Assembly (NCBI GenBank): GCA_024679065.1
Contig: JAGIQG010000001.1
Location: 104,036,001-104,100,000 of the forward strand
Source: Sphyrna mokarran
Taxonomy: Eukaryota
Reading direction: 5' to 3'
DNA: 64,000 nt
In this document: one piece after another, positions 26,393 through 38,244 of the stretch
How positions within the stretch are numbered: the first letter of the stretch is position 1
Layout of the letters: each line of letters starts with the position of its first letter
The notes under the pieces: model-generated
Told to the model about the DNA's origin: nothing
The model's input: only the letters and a program-made list of their open reading frames with translations
Database searches by the model: none
Made by a program: the position numbers and the translations under genes

Positions 26393-27058
26393 GGAGGTGA
26401 TTCTCCAAGAAAAGTTCTAAGTTAATCTCTCACATTGTACACTGCAGACCACCCCTCCTCTTCCATCCTCCTCCCCACACTCCCACCCCGATGGCCAGTC
26501 CTAATTGCTGGTCTCCCTCCCTCTGTCACCCAGCCTGAACTGCAGAGTGATAGTGGGACCTCCCCCCCCCTTGCCAGTATCTGATGCCTGGAGGACCGTG
26601 CCAGGTTTCCCCTTGGACGTTGCCACTTTGCCCCTCAGGCAGTGCTGTGGCCAGGCTGGCAACAACAAACTTGCAATACCCAAAGGGCACATCTCTTTAC
26701 CTCCTCCCTTTGGGGGGCCTCGATGGGCTCCGCCTCTTCACTGTAGCAGGGTTGGACTGCCAGCTCCCCTCAAATGGGGAGCTATTGTAAACCTGCTGGA
26801 GTGTACCACCCCCTGGTGGTGGGGAAGACTTCAGTCCCTGGTCCATTGACAAAATGTAAATAATGAAAATAAGTGTTTACATAAATTATACAGCTCCACA
26901 CCAATTATTGGCACGGAGCTGATGGCGCCGGAAATCTGGCACTTGGATATTCGTGAAGGTTGTGGTGCCCAGTAGGGTGCCTGCTAAACAGCTCCTGCTT
27001 GAGTCTCCTGACCCAGTGCACTGTAGAAGCAGTGCAGTGGGCTGGGAGAATCACCACC
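26393..27058. mobile_element. 666-bp GC-rich non-autonomous DNA transposon (Harbinger-like MITE)
   Basis: 14-bp TIRs GGAGGTGATTCTCC / GGAGAATCACCACC (13/14 match); sharp GC shift inside. Confidence 0.75.
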
Positions 27059-27950
27059 TTCCTTTCTTTGGCACGCTTATCAGAAATCTAGAAAAACATT
27101 CCAAAAGAGAACCTTCACAATTTCACTAGAAATAATAAGTACCCTTCCATATGGACTGACCACGTTGCATCCAGTATTCTTAGGAGTTCATACCTCCACA
27201 CTGATAAAAATCACCAGTACTTCTCTGTAGCATTTCACACGATAAGAATAAATCTTCAACAGCCCCTTTTATATTGGAAATGCTACCATCTATTTTGAAA
27301 AATAAAAAACAAAATCAATGCATCCCCAATGTCTTTTTATTTTGGTGCAGTATTGAACCACACAAAGCAGAAAATCCTAGGTTCAACTTGATCTATGCTG
27401 AGTTAGCGGCTTTTAGCAGAAGCAACAATAGGAGCTGTGTAAATGCCCTCAGAGCTACTGAGCTGGAGAGTGAAAAATGCAGTCAGAATTGCAACGCTTG
27501 ACTGCATATGTACGGGTGGGCTGCAAACATGGATAAGAAAGGGTTCTAGTGTCCTCCATGGTGAAACAGAATTCTGACATTCACTATTCAATGGCATACA
27601 TGAAGGATAACCACATAGGTTTGCTGGTTTGATGTTAGTCTGCATCCCTGAAAATGTTATAATTACAGTCCTCCTTGTAGAGGACGACTTCCATTGGAAG
27701 TGCCTATCACAAAGCTTTAATGCATGGAGTATCGTACAAAACACAGTTGCAAATTCCTGATAAAACTCCTGTTGGGGAGCTTTCAACACTGGGGTGTGCA
27801 ATTTCCTAATATAAGCTCTCAGCTCACCAGAAGTGACACTCCCTACTGCTAAAGCAGCCCTGTTAGTGTTAATGTGACATATCAGCAGCATATGATTAAA
27901 GACTTTCAATAGAAATAACAAGCATAGGAAATCACTGCAAATGGACATAC

Positions 27951-27983
27951 CTCATTGTTACCCAAAGCAATTCATATCTCTGT
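27951..27983 (-). CDS. Candidate 33-nt symmetric phase-2 microexon (x-QRYELLWVTM-x) of an unidentified host gene
   Basis: Minus strand: tgattttatttcag|ACAGAGATATGAATTGCTTTGGGTAACAATGAG|gtatgt. Only one frame is open. ATTAACACTAAC lies about 80 nt downstream; flanks are non-repetitive. Confidence 0.4.
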
Positions 27984-28169
27984 CTGAAATAAAATCACCA
28001 GAACTGATAAGTAACTAATTTATTTTTCATAGAACTGGAAGTATCATTTAGCAGCTGACTCTGTTAATTGTCAACATCCTGAATTGCTTTAGCTAGTGGT
28101 CTTCAAATTGGCCTGAAATAAGCCCAATCTGGGTAAGAGTAGGTTAGGTATTTACTGAACTGCACAATG

Positions 28170-28975
28170 GGCTGGATTTCTACCATCAACATGTGTTACC
28201 CAAACAGTGAAATTTGCCAGCGCACTACCTTTGGCTTCAGGCAAAAAACCTGAATGGGGAGATGTGCCATCAGAGGGAAGCGGATAGGGGATGGAGCTGT
28301 TGGGATGGATTTGGGCCCACCACCCTCAGACCCAAACTGAAGGCGGCCACAGTGTTTAAAAGGCACAGCTCAGTTCTTTGGGACATTGTCAAAATTGCAA
28401 TTATTTCGTTAAATATTAGACTTTTCAATCCTCATGTCTAACCATCTTTAATCTTGTCCCCTCCCTCCCCATGCCCCTTCCATGCCAATTCATGCTCCCA
28501 CCCATGTTTATAGCCTCGTGCCAACTTCCATGTCTATTCATCCAGTAAATACCTGTACAAAACCAGCAAAATCTACAGTAATGGCAACGTGTCTAGAATG
28601 CCGAGCAAAATAGCTATTCATCATTTTCTTCTGAAAAATGTTGCCAAAAGAACCCTTTAAACCTCAGTCATTCAGATATTTGAGCTGTCAATAACAAACT
28701 ATAAGTACTTGTCATCTCTTTGTTTGTATAAATAAACTTTAAGCCAGTGACAGAATAGATTACAGGAATAAATCTTGTAAACCTATCAATCAGGCAATGT
28801 TTTCCTTTCTGAGCACCTGTTTCAACAAAGTAATGAAAGGCTCGGCTCTCAGTGAAGACAGAGTTATGAATGTCTGCTTTTTAAGCATTGCCACTCATGT
28901 CTCCAAGTTAAACACAATTGTTTCTGACCCAAGTTTTCCATTCAAACTGAATATCAAATTCTGTCATGTATTCAT
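28170..28975. mobile_element. Decayed non-autonomous DNA-transposon-like repeat, second copy near 52200-52950
   Basis: gggctggatttc start; 28470-28730 is visibly homologous to 52440-52720. Confidence 0.5.
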
Positions 28976-28984
28976 GTTATGATT

Positions 28985-29960
28985 ACTACTTCCTAGGAGA
29001 TCTTTTACTTTCAGGTCATTTATTAAACCTGCCTCATTACCGATTTCGAGGTCCAAGGAAGCCTGTTCCCTGTTTGGCTGCATGACATATTGCTCTCGGA
29101 AATGAACTTGTTGTCAAAGCTACCCTTTTCAACTTCATTAATCCAATCAATGTGAAGATTAAAGTCACACACAATTATTGCTCTATTCTTTTTAATGCTC
29201 CTATTATTTGCTGATTTATATCCTTTCTTAACTTGTAGCTACTGTTTGGGGGTCCAAACACTACCTCAATCCTCGTTTTTTTACCTACATCCAAATGGAT
29301 TCTGCATCATCTGAGCTGAAATCATCTTTCAAAACTGACTCATTGTCATTTTTATCCACTACCTTTTCCTTCCCATCTCTTTTTCCAAAAGGTCAAATAT
29401 TCCTAAATATTAAGTTCACAGTGTTGATTTCCTTTTAACCATGTCTCCGTAATGGCTGTGAGATCATATCCATTTTCTCCATTTGTGCCATTAGGTCATC
29501 TGTGTTATTCTGAATACTTTGTGCATCAAGATACAAAGCATTTAAAATGGGCTGAACAGTAGTTAGTACTCCAAGGACCTGGGTTCGATTTCCAACTTGA
29601 GTCACTGTCTGTGTGGAGTTTGCACAGTCTCCTCGTGTCTGTGTGAGTTTGTCTCTGTGTGTCCGTGCTCTGGTTTCCTACTACAGTCCAAAGATGAACA
29701 AGTTAGGTTGATTAACCATGCTAAAAATTGCTCCTTCATGTCTTGAGATGCATAGGTTAGAGGGATTAGTGGGTAAATATGTAGAGATATGGGGGTGGGA
29801 TTGTGGTCGGTGCAGACTCGATGGGCCAAATTGTCTCTTTCTGCAATGTAGGGTTTCTATGAATGAAGCTTATTTTTTTGCCATTTTTTAATCATCCTAG
29901 CTTTTCTTTGTATTGCAGTCCTATTTGCCTCTCACACTTGATTATCCAGTCTACTGTTTT
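28985..29960 (-). mobile_element. CR1 ORF2 endonuclease fragment interrupted by an HE1 SINE
   Basis: Minus strand reads NEAGLINDLKVK..LG and YDLTAITETW-type motifs. Confidence 0.75.
29549..29862 (+). mobile_element. HE1/V-SINE
   Basis: gggttcgatttcc B-box-like sequence, V-domain and gtagggtttctatga tail. Confidence 0.9.
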
Positions 29961-30069
29961 GTCTGCCACCATGACCACCTCATGGAAGAAACTTCGACAG
30001 AGTATGTGGCTGTGCCTCAGAACTGTTCTTGGGGGAGAAGTGGCTAGTAGGTACATGGTCCCTTTAAGA

Positions 30070-30350
30070 CACATACAAACATATGAATCACAAGTAGGCC
30101 ATTTGGCCCCCGAGCCGGCTCGGCCATTCAGTATGGTCATGTCTAATCTGATCACAATCTCAACTTCATATTCCAGCCTACCCCAAATAAGCTTTCATCT
30201 CTGCTTATCCAGAATCTCTGACCCTCTGCCTTAACAATATTTAAGGACTCTGTTTCTGCTGCCTTTTGAGGAAGAGAGTGCCAAAAACTCATAAATAACT
30301 TCTCATCTCTGTCTTAAATGGGCAATTGTGAATTTTTGAAGAGTGACCTT
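30070..30350 (-). mobile_element. CR1 3' end
   Basis: catacaaacatatgaatcacaagtaggccatt tail and following UTR/ORF2 end. Confidence 0.7.
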
Positions 30351-31449
30351 TTTAGTATAGCTGTTTAGATGTGCTGCTACAAGAAATCATTGTGAAGGGG
30401 GCAGTTATTTTATTGGTAAGCATGCTGCAAAGGGAAGGCCAGGACTAAAGAAGCTATGATGGAGTGAGCAGGAAACAACAATATGATCACGTCTGTGCAT
30501 CTGGTCAAGAATACACCAACTAGTTTCAAGAAATTTGATAGGCTTAGTGTTGCTCAAGTTTTACACAACATGTATAATGTGGCTTTCTAATGCATCTTTA
30601 CATCACTGCAATGTTAAGTTGTAGTATCACAAAAGAACTATGCCCTGTACTCTGGAAAATGAGCACATTATTTGGATGAATGAATGCACATTCGTTTGCA
30701 AACAGGTCAATTTTTATAAACGGTTGCTCTGAAGGGATATTATGCTGCTGGGGGCCTCGGAGTGAGACTTCAATCCTTCCCCACTCATCCTGAGTGGAAG
30801 AAAGTCCTGCCCTCGAGAGCTGTCGCTCTATCAGATTGGCCAGCAGCACCGGCACTCAGTGGTGCATGCTGCTGGGACAGCAAGCAGGCCCACAGAGCAA
30901 TTTGATGGTGACTGGTCCCAGGTAAGTCTCAGGCTTTTTTGGGCAGGAAGGTATTGAGGTCAGGTGGAGAGACACAAAGTCTGCGTTGGGGGATGGGGGG
31001 GTTGTGGAAAGTGTCGTTATTATTTTAGGGGTAGTGCCCCCAATTCAGAGGGCACCCCCCTAAGTATGTATCTCCTTCCTTCCCACCCTCTCACCAACCT
31101 TGGTGATCACATTTTGTGTACATTTCCACCAAAAACAGGCACAATTTGGGGAGGGGGGGAATCATAAAATCCATCCCCAGGTTTTAAGAGCATACTTTAC
31201 CATCGTCTCAATTAAATGTGGAAAGCAAGAAACAGAATAAAAGATTCATAGAACACCAGAAAAAGAGGCCATTCAGCTAGTGCTGTTGGTGCCAGTGCTC
31301 CTCAGCTAGCCCCACTACTGTCATATTCTGCAGCCCTGCAAATTCTTTTCTCTGATGATAATCATCCAATTCTCTTTTGAAAGCCACAATTGAATCTGCC
31401 TCCTCCATATTCACAATGATTTCCAGATCTAAGCACTCACTACATAGAT

Positions 31450-32845
31450 ATCACTGAATGACTGTCCCTCGATTTTGAAGTTGATGTCTACTCAGGGTTG
31501 TTGATTTATGCCGTGGTTTTCATGTGACATAAGAAGCTGATTTCCGATCAATTAATGTTAAGACACATGGTGTAGTAAGTTTCGTGAGGTAATGGGATCT
31601 GGAATGCAATATTTGCTTCCTTTTCTATCTTTCTCTGCCATTGCTCTGTCTCGTTATCAACGTGTTAGAACTCCAAGTATAATGTAGCTTGGGCAGTATG
31701 GTGGCACAGTGATTAGCACTGCTGCTTCATTACGTTAGGGACTCAGGTTCAATTCCCTGTCTGTGTGAAGTTTGCACATTTGCTCTGTGTCTGCATAGAT
31801 TTTCTTGGGTGCTCCAGTTTCCTCCCACTGTCTAAAGATATGTTGGTTAGATTGATTGGCCATGCTAAATTGACCCTAGTGTCGGGGGAAGAGTAAACAT
31901 GTGGGGTTAAGGGAATAGAGCCTGGGTGGCATTGTGGTTGGTGCTGCTGCGATGGGCTAAATGGCCTCTTTCCACACTGCATGGATTCTGTGACATATTG
32001 TCACCATTCAGAGCAGTTACTGGCCATTGATTATTGTCATCAATGTTTCAGGAGAGCTTCAGAATATCACTGAAACTTTTTTATCCTTCCCTGGAACATT
32101 AGCTATTTGAGAGTTGAGAGAACAGGACCCGGCGATCGAGATCATTTTTGACCATCCAGACAGAGTGGTCAGTTATTGAAGTTGATTTTGTATGAGTTTT
32201 GTCTGAATGCTTGTGGAACTGAATTCCAGAAGAACTCACATTTGATCAATGGTCCTCCCACTGAATATGACAGAAGCAATGCTGATGAAACTACTTTAAT
32301 AACCTAATGTACTGCCAATACAGAGTCCAAGTCTCACTACTGTGCAAGGAGTATGGTGATAACAACTGCGAGGCACACTAAGACTTTATTGATTTGCAGA
32401 GATTTTTGTTGCCAAACACTTCCTGCTATTGCTTGTAAAAGGCTGAACTGGCCCAGCTAATTCAACCTCTCACCAATAGTGGCCTTTTGAAAAAAATAGC
32501 TGATAGGATATGGGATGTTCTCAATGTATTCCTGAGTTTCTGCTTCAACAAGCATGGGAGGAAGAATATTTGACTAACTAGGTGGGGATTGATATATTTT
32601 TTGTTTTGTTTTGGCAACATCCAAGGACAGGCCAAGTTTCTTGTAAATAACTGAAGTGATTGAGAGTAACATGCAAATCTACTGCAGATGGCTTTGGAGA
32701 AAATAATGCTGAAAAATGTGACCTCCTTGAAGATAAATGAGCAGCCTTCATTCCCTGGCAGAACAATCCAAGGTCACAAGTCAAGAAGGCAGCGTTCCAA
32801 CAGCTCAAGGCTGACGCCCAAAGACAAATCCAAAAAATACAAGAC
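31450..32845 (-). mobile_element. RTE-clade (BovB-like) LINE 3' portion, decayed, with HE1 insertion
   Basis: Minus strand reads ISWASSAF, AVVITILLHS.ETWTLY, FHQ and QNQL motifs typical of the RTE ORF C-terminus. Confidence 0.7.
31691..31993 (+). mobile_element. HE1/V-SINE
   Basis: gggcagtatggtggcacagtgattagcactgc head, V-domain and tail. Confidence 0.9.
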
Positions 32846-32849
32846 ATGT

Positions 32850-34058
32850 GATAGAGGATAATTGAGTTCACTATCTGGACAAAGAGCCCGGCTCTATGCC
32901 AGATCTTCGTTAAAAAGCAGTGAGGAAGTATTTGGAGACTATTTTAGAATATTAAATGTGGAAATAAATGCTTCCTGTTGCTCCTGTTACATTTAACAAT
33001 GAGAGTTCAGTTGATGATAATTCTCTAAGGTGAAGGGAGAAATTCATATCTCTCTAACTAGACATACAGATTGCTGAAGTAAACAAGTCTAAGAGTCTTA
33101 GATATATTGCTCTAACGTGGAATGTTGAGTGAGCGAGTTTTGGATCTTGAGGGAGATACAAGATATCATCCTATTGGGAGCAGACCCTAAAGGAAAAAGA
33201 GAAAAGTCGCAAGAAAACCTTTAAGTTAAGTCAAAGAAAAAGAAAGTGAATTTGGCAAAGGTTCTGTTAGATGATGTTAAGAATGAGGATCAGATAAAGG
33301 CTCCATGCTTAAAGTGAGAAAGCTGCAGGAAGCAGACTTAAAACAAAATAGACCTATGACAATCCAAAGACCAAAGAGACAACCGAAGATCTTTAGGTCC
33401 ATAACAAGAAATTAAAGTAGTAATGTTCTGTTGGTATAGTTGAGTACCTGAAAGCGTGTATAGAAGACAAAGCTTGAATGAATACGGTGACCTAGGGAAG
33501 AGGAACTTAGGAAGGAGAGATTGAAACCCTGGAAATGGATCCTTATGGAAGGCATCTGAGAAAAAGAAGATTCCAAAGTGAGTACTAGGGCATTGGAATT
33601 AGAAATTCTTGTATGAAAGATAGAGTTTCAGTGAGGCCAATTGGTTCACAGTGTGATAAGTGAGTTGAGGAGAGATCAATAGCATCTGTTCGGGGTAATA
33701 TCTGTCACTTGGATTTGGAGTATGGTGTGTCTAACCATAGGTTGCTTATTGGTTTACATGGACTATATATTTAGAATATTAAAGTACAAAATATATTTTG
33801 TAACTTGTGTTATTATTAAAAATCTGCACAAATCTGTAAAGGAATAGTTTTAAGTGAAGGAGTAACGTAATATTATTCATATATTCTTGTTAAATAAATG
33901 TTTAATTTATTTGTTAAAAATTCATGAACAGATTCTGTCACTCTGTTCAGTAACTGTTCTCCACATTTCAAAACAAAAAATAAAAGCTGGGGCATATCAG
34001 GTATAATTTCATCTAGGATCTGACTTATTCAGCTATATAACTGGCTGGGATTGTAACA
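32850..34058 (+). mobile_element. Probable solo LTR (Gypsy-type); 5' boundary uncertain
   Basis: Ends ggatctgacttattcag...ctgggattgtaACA with AATAAA upstream. No TSD found. Confidence 0.4.
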
Positions 34059-34502
34059 TGAAAATTGGAAGTACACAAGGATTTTTAGATTCATTAGATT
34101 CATTCCTGCTTCTTTCAAGGTAAATGTAACCATTACAGTGTAGCAATTACTGTTCTCCCCTTAATTGGATACACTTATTAGAGTTGGTAGCTTCCTACAG
34201 AGGGATTTAAGGTCAAAACTACTTTAAATATTGATGAATATCTTAATTATCGCTAACATTTAGACTTAAAATGTAGATTCTCTATTAGAAACAACATCAT
34301 ATTTGCCTTTCCTGGAACTGTTAATGTCACAATTGAATTACAAACAGAAGTGAATTGCATGTTCAGTTCCTTAATAAACTTTGATAAAATTTAGAAAATA
34401 TTGTGTCTCATAGTCTTCTGTATCCAAACTCATAATCCAACCTCCATACACTCTTTAGTGGAGAGGTACATTGTTGAGGAGAGATGTCCAGACCCTTTTG
34501 AA

Positions 34503-35563
34503 TTTTTAGGATCTAGCTAAAACCTGGAAAAATAAAAGGCTATAATATAATATTCTCTGGTGGTTCCTATCCTTCAGGAGCACTTGGATCAGTTTTTCAG
34601 TACCAGTGAATGTATGTGAGGTCTGTTGTTCTCAGCCTTAAATGAGGCTGATCATCCGAGGAGCACAGCTGATCAAAAATAGTCTCAAAAAAGGGGCTGG
34701 GATTATAATCCACTTCATGGTTAGGTATTAGTTTGAGTCTCAGATAAAGCACAGAGAACATGAACAAACAGGAGCAAGTGGAAAAGGAAGCATGGAAGAA
34801 AAACCCAAATAAAGAATTCATTAAAGGCAACTAAAATGCAGCTTAGTAACTCGGTATCAACAGCTTATGATGAAGACATTTAAGAGTGCCAAGAGTGTTT
34901 ACATTCGGGAGCCTTCTGTGGAGGAGTATGTTACTCAAAGGCATCGGGGTAACAACAGGATACCTACTGACTAAGTTGTCCTTACTGTGGGATTGTTTCC
35001 TTGATAGGTTCAGAAGTGGATTCAGTGAGGGATTCCTTTTGTGAATCACACTACCCTTACACAAATTGTTTGGGACCAGTCCTGGTACAAATGATTGCCC
35101 CACAAACACAAATAGTGATGCAAAGGCTCAGTAAGGGGTACAAAGAGGGGAGAAAGAGATTGAGTGAGTATATTTGTGAATTTGGTTCAAAGTGGGGATT
35201 GCTGCATTTAGTAGAATGTGGGAGAAAGAGCAAATTATACTGCAAGAAGTCTGACATAGAATAGAGTGCTGGGAGTTGGGTTACTAAGGGAGTTAGTGAA
35301 GGAAGGAAAAGAGGTGCTCTTTTGCTTTATGCTTTCTAACTTCCTCAGCCTTAAGGGAATGTTCTTACTGTACAGGAGAAAAAGCTAGTTATTTGGTGAG
35401 TATATAGTAAGTGACTATGGTTTAATCCATTCCTAAGGTTCAAAATAATCTAGCAACTGGTGGTGAGGTTAATAAAACATATAAAAGCAAAATTAAAATA
35501 TATAGAATAAAATCATTAATTAGAACATGTTAAGGTTTCCAGGTTTTAGCTAGATCCTAAAAA
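34503..35563. repeat. Perfect 28-bp inverted repeat pair (34503-34530 / 35536-35563)
   Basis: tttttaggatctagctaaaacctggaaa and its exact reverse complement; 31/32 when extended. Confidence 0.95.
34988..35318 (+). repeat. Source copy of ~330-bp inverted duplication
   Basis: Reverse complement of 37179-37519. ORFs 35001+ and 37243- give near-identical peptides. Confidence 0.95.
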
Positions 35564-35845
35564 CTCAGATGCCTTCAGCTGATGTTGTAGCATATAGGAA
35601 CTCTTTGATGCCAGTTTGATCCAGGACAAACATGTTTGCAGTAAGATGGCTTTGTTGACTATCTGATATCAGGATTTGGGACATCTGCCTGAGGCTGGAG
35701 ACAAACCTTCAGTAAGAGGAGGTTCATGTATGTGCCAAGAAGATAGACAGGACAAAGAAAGAGGTTTTCCATAATCAGTATGAGGACCTAGGCATCAAAT
35801 TAAGAAGCAGAACCTCAAAGGTCATAATCTCTGGATAATTACATG

Positions 35846-36019
35846 AAGTAAGAAGTCTGACAACATCAGGTTTAAGTCCAACTAATTTATTTGATAGTAA
35901 ACTCACAAGCTTTTGGGGTTTGCCCCTTCGTCAGGTGAATGGAGAGTTCTGGCCTCAAACCTGGTATTGTCAGACCTCTTTCTGTGTTTACTCCAGTTCA
36001 ACACTGGCATCTCCATATC
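35846..36019. mobile_element. Penelope-like remnant with inverted arms, inserted in CR1 ORF1, 11-bp TSD
   Basis: TSD ATAATTACATG at 35835-35845 and 36020-36030; arms gtctgacaacatcaggttt / aaacctggtattgtcagac. Confidence 0.8.
35901..35940 (-). ncRNA. Decayed minimal type I hammerhead ribozyme motif
   Basis: Minus strand AUUCAC-CUGACGA-A-GGGG-CAAA-CCCC-AAAA-GCUU-GUGAGU. Stems I and II pair; the core GAAA is mutated to AAAA. Confidence 0.6.
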
Positions 36020-37048
36020 ATAATTACATGCAAATTTCCACATAATGAATTGGATTAGGGAAAGGAATGCATAGATCAAATATTGGTATGGGTGAAATGG
36101 GCTCTGGTTTGTAGCGCACTGTCACTGGTACTGGGGAAAGTGGGATACATATTGTTGGGATGGGATATACCCAAACCATGCAGGAGCTGGTATTCTTGTG
36201 AACTCAACTGGGGAAGTAAAGAGGGCTTTAAACTACAGAGTGGGAACAGAGGATCAAATTTGGGAAGATGCGGTAAAGAGCAGAGAAAAAGCAAAAGAGA
36301 AAGATATTATCTGGGAAATAAAAGCAGACCATGACAGGAAGAGATAGAGAGCACAAAAAATCTAACAGTTAATTAACAGATGAGGTTAGTGGTTACTAAA
36401 ATAAAAAGATAAAACAAAGTTCTGTATCTGAACGTGCATAGCATTCAAAACAAAACAGATGAACTGAGAGTGCACATTGAAATCATGATTTTATAGCCAT
36501 TATGGAGACATGCCTGCCTCAGGACGTGAATTGGAACTGGAATATTGAAAAGTACAAGATATTTGAGAAGGTCAGAAAACCAGGAAAAAGATAGTGATGT
36601 GGCTCTGTTAATCAATGATGGTATTTGCACATTACAGAGGGAGAACCTAAGTTCAGGAAACCAGGGTGTTGAAATTGGTTGAAAAACTATGAAGACAATA
36701 GTAAAGAAGTCATGAACAGAATCATAACCACATGGTAGGGTGGAGCATAAAGGAAGAAATAATGGGAGCTTGTCAAAAACCTATGGCAATAATCATGGGA
36801 GATTTTAATTTGCACACAAACAGGAAAAGTCAGATGTGCAAAGGTAGTCTGGATGAGGAGTTCATTGAATGTTTCTGGGATAGTTTCTTAGAGCATTATG
36901 TTCTGAAGTCAACCAGAGAGTAGGCCTGGTCTTGTGCAACAAGATTGGAGTAATTCATGATCTTATTGTGAAGGTGCCTCTAGGTAACAATGATCTCACA
37001 ATTTAATTTACATTCATTTTGAGGGGGAGAGGAGTGGGTCTGAAAATA

Positions 37049-37178
37049 TGGGTGAGTGTTTCAAGTCCAGCTTACCCCTGGGCAATGATTTCTGAAATCA
37101 ACAGATCTTTCAGTGGTCTGTCAAATTATCTATCATATCTGCAATGATTCCCATAGTGGGTGAGAATGTAATTTTTTT
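37049..37178. mobile_element. Decayed MITE body inside CR1 endonuclease
   Basis: Similar to 3055-3178 (tcaacagac/tcttt...attcccat..tgg). CR1 sequence stops near 37048 and resumes near 37520. Confidence 0.5.
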
Positions 37179-37519
37179 AGCACCTCTTTTCCTTCCTTCA
37201 CTAACTCCCTTACTAACCCAACTCCCAGAACTCTATTCTATGTCAGACTTCTTGCAGTATAATTTGTGTAAAACACCTCTTTCTCCCACATTCTACTAAA
37301 TGCAGCAATCCCCACTTTGAACCAAATTCACAAATATACTCACTCAATCTCTTTCTCCCCTCTTTGTACCCCTTACTGAGCCTTTGCATCACTATTTGTG
37401 TTCGTGGGGCAATCATTTGTACCAGGACTGGTCCCAAACAATTTGTGTAAGGGTAGTGTGATTCACAAAAGGAATCCCTCACTGAATCCACTTCTGAACC
37501 TATCAAGGAAACAATCCCA
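37179..37519 (-). repeat. Inverted copy of 34988-35318
   Basis: About 3 substitutions and one 10-bp indel by manual comparison. Confidence 0.95.
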
Positions 37520-37651
37520 TATTTTTAAACTTAAATGAGAGAATTATGAGGGCAAGGAAGCTGAGTTGGCAAAAGGGGAATTGGATTGAGATTAGTCAAT
37601 GGAGAAGCAGTGGCAAATATTTATGAGGATTTTTCAGAATATACAGAATTC

Positions 37652-37955
37652 ATCATAGAATCCCTACTGGATAGAAAGAGGCCATTTGTCTCATTGAGCC
37701 CGAATCAACAACAATCCCACCCAGACCTTACACTGTATTTACCCTATTAATCCCCATGACTGTAAGGGCCAATTTATCATGGCCTATCAATCTAACTGCA
37801 AAACTTCGATTGAGAAAGGAAACTGGAGCACCTGGATGAAACCGACTCAGACATGAGGGAGAACATACAGACTCTACACAGTCACCCTAGGCTGGAAGTG
37901 AACCCAGGTCTAGCATTGTGAGACAGCAGTTCTAACTACTGTACCACAATACCAT
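37652..37955 (-). mobile_element. HE1/V-SINE nested in CR1
   Basis: catagaatccctac tail through gagacagcagt head. Confidence 0.85.
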
Positions 37956-38244
37956 CCTACAAGTAAGGAAAAGTACAAGGGATGGACCTACCATCCATGG
38001 TGGGTTAACTAGAAGGTTAAAGATAGTATCAAACTTAAAGAAATAGCATCATTGTCAAATGCAGGTGGCAGGCCAGAAGATTGAATAGAATATAAAAAAT
38101 ACCAAAGAAAGACTGAAAGAAAACAAGGGAAAAATTTGATTGAGAGAAAGCTAGCCAGAAATATAAGAACAGATAGTAAGCATTTTTCTTGGTCTGTAAA
38201 AAATTTTTAAAGTGAGCATTAGTCCTATGGAAAGTGAACCGGGG

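Noticed and set aside
27403-27948. 181-aa minus-strand ORF
   Set aside because: No recognisable domain. Its ATG lies within the gtatgt donor of the microexon candidate and its end overlaps an old SINE-like fragment.
34499-35567. 28-32-bp inverted repeats as TIRs of a 1-kb DNA transposon
   Set aside because: There is no TSD, and the CR1 5'UTR-ORF1 continues across the right arm, so the arm was inserted into the CR1.
35001-37506. Twin 87-aa ORFs on opposite strands as a duplicated small gene
   Set aside because: They are a by-product of the inverted DNA duplication, with a non-ATG start, no recognisable domain and divergence after the 10-bp indel.
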